DNA from: Syntrophaceae bacterium
Lineage (GTDB): Bacteria > Desulfobacterota > SM23-61
Assembly: GCA_013388675.1 (NCBI GenBank)
Contig: JACAEW010000169.1
Coordinates: forward strand, 115 to 64,114
DNA length: 64,000 bases
Direction: 5' to 3'
Shown: in pieces, positions 61,009 to 64,000 of the stretch
Position numbering within the stretch: the stretch's first letter is position 1
How the letters are laid out: every line of letters begins with the position of its first letter
Notes under the pieces: generated by a model
Told to the model about the DNA's origin: nothing
Databases searched by the model: none
Seen by the model: only the letters and a program-made list of their open reading frames with translations
Made by a program: the position numbers and the translations under genes

Positions 61009-62904
61009 ATGCGCTACAAGGACCTTTTCCATAACCGCAAATTCCGCTGGCTCCTCGCTGCCTTGGCCGTCGTGGCCCCCCTCGAAATTTTATCCCTATT
61101 CGGCCTCCATCTTCCCTTCTGGGCCCAGATTCCTCTGGTTACCGCCCTGGCCTTTTTTTTCGGGCGACGCCTCCTATTGAGCGGATTGCGGAGCCTGTTC
61201 CGTCTGGATTTTTCCAACATGAACCTCCTCATGACGATTGCCATCGGGGGGGCCTTCTACCTCGGCCATTGGGAAGAAGCCGCGGTGATCATCGTTCTAT
61301 TCGCCCTGGGGGAAACGCTGGAGGACTTCGGCATCACCAAGAGCCAGGCCGCTCTGCAGGACCTGGTGGAGAAAGCCCCCAAGACCGCCCAGGTGAGGGG
61401 GAAGGAGGGAAAAGTCCCGGTCGAGCTTGTCGAGGTAGGAGAAACGGTTATCGTCAAGCCCGGCGATCAGATTCCCCTGGACGGGGAGGTGACCCAGGGC
61501 AACTCCCTCGTAGATGAAGCGGCGATCACCGGCGAGCCCCTCCCCCGCAATAAATTTCCGGGTGAGCCGGTATTTGCCGGCACGATCAACGGGTCCGGGT
61601 ACCTGGAAATACGGGTGACCCGGCAGGCGCGGGACACGACCCTGTCCAAAATCATTCAACTGACCTACCAATCCGCGGAGCGCAAATCCCAATCACAGCG
61701 GTTCATCGAAAAATTCGCCCGGCTTTACACTCCCTCCGTGGTGGCTGCCGCCTTCCTGCTGGTCTTGGTCCCCGTTTTCCTCCTGGGAAAACCCTTCGAA
61801 TCCTGGTTCATCCAGGCGCTGACCCTTTTGATCATTTCCTGCCCCTGCGCCCTGGTCATTTCTACTCCGGTCACCATATTTTCCGCCATCGGAAACGCCA
61901 CCCAGAGAGGCGTCCTGATCAAGGGGGGAAGGTTTATCGAAGAGATGGGCCGGCTGAAGGCCATCGCCTTCGACAAGACCCGAACCCTGACCCGGGGCGA
62001 ACCGACGGTATCCGATGTGCACACCTTCAACGATCTTTCTCCCGAAGAGGTGCTGGCCTGCGCCGCCGGGATCGAAACCTTTTCCGAGCATCCCATCGCC
62101 CGGAGCATTCTGGCCCGGGCGAAAGAACAGAGGGTCGAGCCCCATCGTTTTGAAAATTTCCAAGCCGTTTCGGGAAAGGGGCTTAAGGGCGAATGCCTGG
62201 TCTGCTTCGACAGCCACCAGTGCCTGGGGAACATTCGTTTTGTAACCGAAGAACACCACGCCGGGGACGAAGTTTTGAAAAAGGTGGAAGAAATGGAGCG
62301 GCAGGGCAAGACCGCCATCGTCATCAGCGACCATAAGCGGGTGAAGGGGGTCATCGGGGTTACCGACGGGATAAGGCCCGAGAGCAAGCCGGTCGTGCAA
62401 GACCTCTTGCGAATGGGAATCACGCCGCTGATCCTCACGGGGGATAATCGGCCCTCGGCCCGGTTCGTGGCCGAACAACTGGGAATCGAAAGAATCATCG
62501 CCGAACTCCTTCCCCATCAGAAGGTGGAGGAACTCAACCGGCTGATTCAGGAATATCGCCATGTGGCCATGGTAGGGGATGGGGTGAATGACGCTCCGGC
62601 CCTGGCCGGCGCCTCCGTGGGCATCGCCATGGGGGCGATCGGCTCAGATGTGGCCATTGAAAATTCCGATATCGCCCTGATGAACGACAACCTCGCGGTC
62701 CTGCCCTACCTGGTGAAATTGGGAAAGAGGGCAGTCGCTAAGATTCGGTTCAACACCGTTTCCGCGGTACTTATCAAATTCCTCTTCCTTTCCCTGGCGC
62801 TGAGCGGCACGAGCAGCCTGGTCCTGGCTATTTTTGCCGACGTGGGTGTGACCGTCCTGGTCGTTCTGAACGGGCTCCAATTGTACGGATATAAAGGCGA
62901 GTAG
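61009..62904 (+). CDS. P1B-type heavy-metal-translocating ATPase (no N-terminal HMA domain)
   Basis: TGEP, CPC (LIISCPCALVISTP), SEHP, TGD and VGDGVNDAPAL are all present. The phosphorylation motif reads DKTRT rather than DKTGT. Start is ATG 61009 or 60994. Confidence 0.85.
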   Translation: MRYKDLFHNRKFRWLLAALAVVAPLEILSLFGLHLPFWAQIPLVTALAFFFGRRLLLSGLRSLFRLDFSNMNLLMTIAIGGAFYLGHWEEAAVIIVLFALGETLEDFGITKSQAALQDLVEKAPKTAQVRGKEGKVPVELVEVGETVIVKPGDQIPLDGEVTQGNSLVDEAAITGEPLPRNKFPGEPVFAGTINGSGYLEIRVTRQARDTTLSKIIQLTYQSAERKSQSQRFIEKFARLYTPSVVAAAFLLVLVPVFLLGKPFESWFIQALTLLIISCPCALVISTPVTIFSAIGNATQRGVLIKGGRFIEEMGRLKAIAFDKTRTLTRGEPTVSDVHTFNDLSPEEVLACAAGIETFSEHPIARSILARAKEQRVEPHRFENFQAVSGKGLKGECLVCFDSHQCLGNIRFVTEEHHAGDEVLKKVEEMERQGKTAIVISDHKRVKGVIGVTDGIRPESKPVVQDLLRMGITPLILTGDNRPSARFVAEQLGIERIIAELLPHQKVEELNRLIQEYRHVAMVGDGVNDAPALAGASVGIAMGAIGSDVAIENSDIALMNDNLAVLPYLVKLGKRAVAKIRFNTVSAVLIKFLFLSLALSGTSSLVLAIFADVGVTVLVVLNGLQLYGYKGE

Positions 62905-62998
62905 CCGCCTGGGGTTCAAGGGCCGGAAAATCTCGGTCAATCGGAGAAATTCCCTTTTCCCGGTAGAGGGGCCCAAATACTTTTCAGAGGGGGATTCG

Positions 62999-63940
62999 AT
63001 GCGAAAATTATTGCTGACTACCGATGGGTCGGAAAGCTCTCTGCGTGCCGCTGCCTACCTGGCGGGTCTCTATAAGGATACAGCCGATGCGGAGGTGACC
63101 GTTCTGCATATTTCACCCTCCATTCCTCCGATCTATACGGAGGAAATTCACGATTCCGCCATCCGAAAAAAATTCGAAACCTGGAAGACCAAGAAGGAGG
63201 AAGAGGGACAGCGTTACCTGGCGGAGGTCGCGCGCGTCTTGAAAGAGAACGGTTTCCCGGCGGAACGGGTCCAGACCCGGTACTCCATCCAGATGGTGGG
63301 AGTTGCGCGGGATATCATCCGGGAGGCCGATTCCGGCAGGTATGACGCCGTCCTCATGGGAAAAAAAGGGATGGGCTGGCTCGAGGAACATTTCCTGGGC
63401 ACCATCTCCAACAAACTTCTCGAGATCGCCGAAGGAAGACCTCTCTGGATCGTAGAGGGGAAAGACCTGAACCCGAAAAAAGTCCTCATTGCCCTGGATG
63501 CGGACGAAGCGGCCCTGGAAGTCACCCGCTTCGCCGGCCGTATGCTCCAGGGCCTGAAGGGGGTCGAAATCCTCCTCTTCCATTTCTGCGGCCCTTATTG
63601 CGAAATTTTGGACCCCCCCAAATCGGATGAGGCGCGGGAGGTATTCGAGTACCTGGTAAACCGAGAAAGGGGTAAAGTCTCCGCAATATTCGCCCAGGCC
63701 CAAAAAATCCTCTCCGACGCCGGCTTCGGGGACTCCACCGTGGAAGTCCGTTTCGAAGCGGATACCTCCCTGACGCAAAAGAAAGCTTCCCGGCAAATCC
63801 TTGCCGCCGCCGCCCAGGGGAATTTCGGAACCGTCATCCTGGGGCGGAAAGGAATCACCCGGGCCCGGGAATTCCGCCTGGGCTCCATCTGCCTGCGCAC
63901 GGTGGCCGAGGCGGAAAACTGCGCCGTTTGGGTCGTCTGA
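62999..63940 (+). CDS. Tandem universal stress protein (two UspA domains)
   Basis: Two repeats of the USP pattern: LLTTDGSESS...VLMGKKGMG and LIALDADEAA...VILGRKGIT. Confidence 0.8.
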   Translation: MRKLLLTTDGSESSLRAAAYLAGLYKDTADAEVTVLHISPSIPPIYTEEIHDSAIRKKFETWKTKKEEEGQRYLAEVARVLKENGFPAERVQTRYSIQMVGVARDIIREADSGRYDAVLMGKKGMGWLEEHFLGTISNKLLEIAEGRPLWIVEGKDLNPKKVLIALDADEAALEVTRFAGRMLQGLKGVEILLFHFCGPYCEILDPPKSDEAREVFEYLVNRERGKVSAIFAQAQKILSDAGFGDSTVEVRFEADTSLTQKKASRQILAAAAQGNFGTVILGRKGITRAREFRLGSICLRTVAEAENCAVWVV

Positions 63941-64000
63941 ATGCCGCAGGAAACCATTGCAATGAAGAAAAGGCCTGCGCCGAGAAGGAGAACTTCCAGG

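Noticed and set aside
1-64000. Search for rRNA, tRNA, CRISPR arrays, integrases, transposases, reverse transcriptases and phage structural genes.
   Set aside because: I recognised none. No T-arm GGTTCGAAT-type cloverleaf context was seen in the intergenic regions, and no ORF carried DDE, tyrosine-recombinase or RT motifs. A tRNAscan/Infernal run could still reveal small RNAs I missed.

Overview
Moderately GC-rich chromosomal segment (GC not computed). Gene content points to a strictly anaerobic, deltaproteobacterium-like organism (Thermodesulfobacteriota/Syntrophia-type; inferred from gene content only). I support 66 protein-coding genes. I recognised no rRNA, tRNA, CRISPR array, transposase or integrase. 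Gene content, left to right: (1) a TAXI-TRAP transporter cluster with a class-III aminotransferase; (2) a LonC-type Lon-like protease, then a translationally coupled pair of ArsA/Get3-like ATPases with a small basic protein; (3) cstA; (4) an AbiEi/AbiEii toxin-antitoxin module; (5) housekeeping genes asd, ecfT, cobO, rsmD-coaD, an aspartate aminotransferase, NUDIX, coaBC, family-4 UDG and NfeD-SPFH; (6) a 356-bp MITE-like element inserted into the SPFH terminator; (7) MFS, a PHP-HAD pair, and a bacterial eRF1/Pelota-like protein co-transcribed with an RCK_C protein; (8) trxA, radA and mobA; (9) a cluster of three secreted or lipoproteins, two of them paralogous; (10) acyl-CoA dehydrogenase, ferredoxin, MoaD-like protein and tungsten-type aldehyde:ferredoxin oxidoreductase; (11) a TPP enzyme; (12) a sigma54-driven pilin-like gene with a duplicated head domain; (13) a four-subunit 2-oxoacid:ferredoxin oxidoreductase next to a NuoE/NuoF/NuoG-N-like module; (14) rfaE2, BKACE, DUF362, a P1B-ATPase and a tandem USP. 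Intergenic spacers are unusually repeat-rich, with heptanucleotide tandem tracts, REP-like GC palindromes, ~70-bp composite palindromes and C-tract/G-tract nested hairpins. My best candidate for an undescribed system is the eRF1-like protein (GGQ replaced by MGL, zinc-ribbon insertion) with its RCK_C partner near the window centre. The ArsA-like pair with its small protein is second. All calls rest on motif reading by eye; no searches were run.
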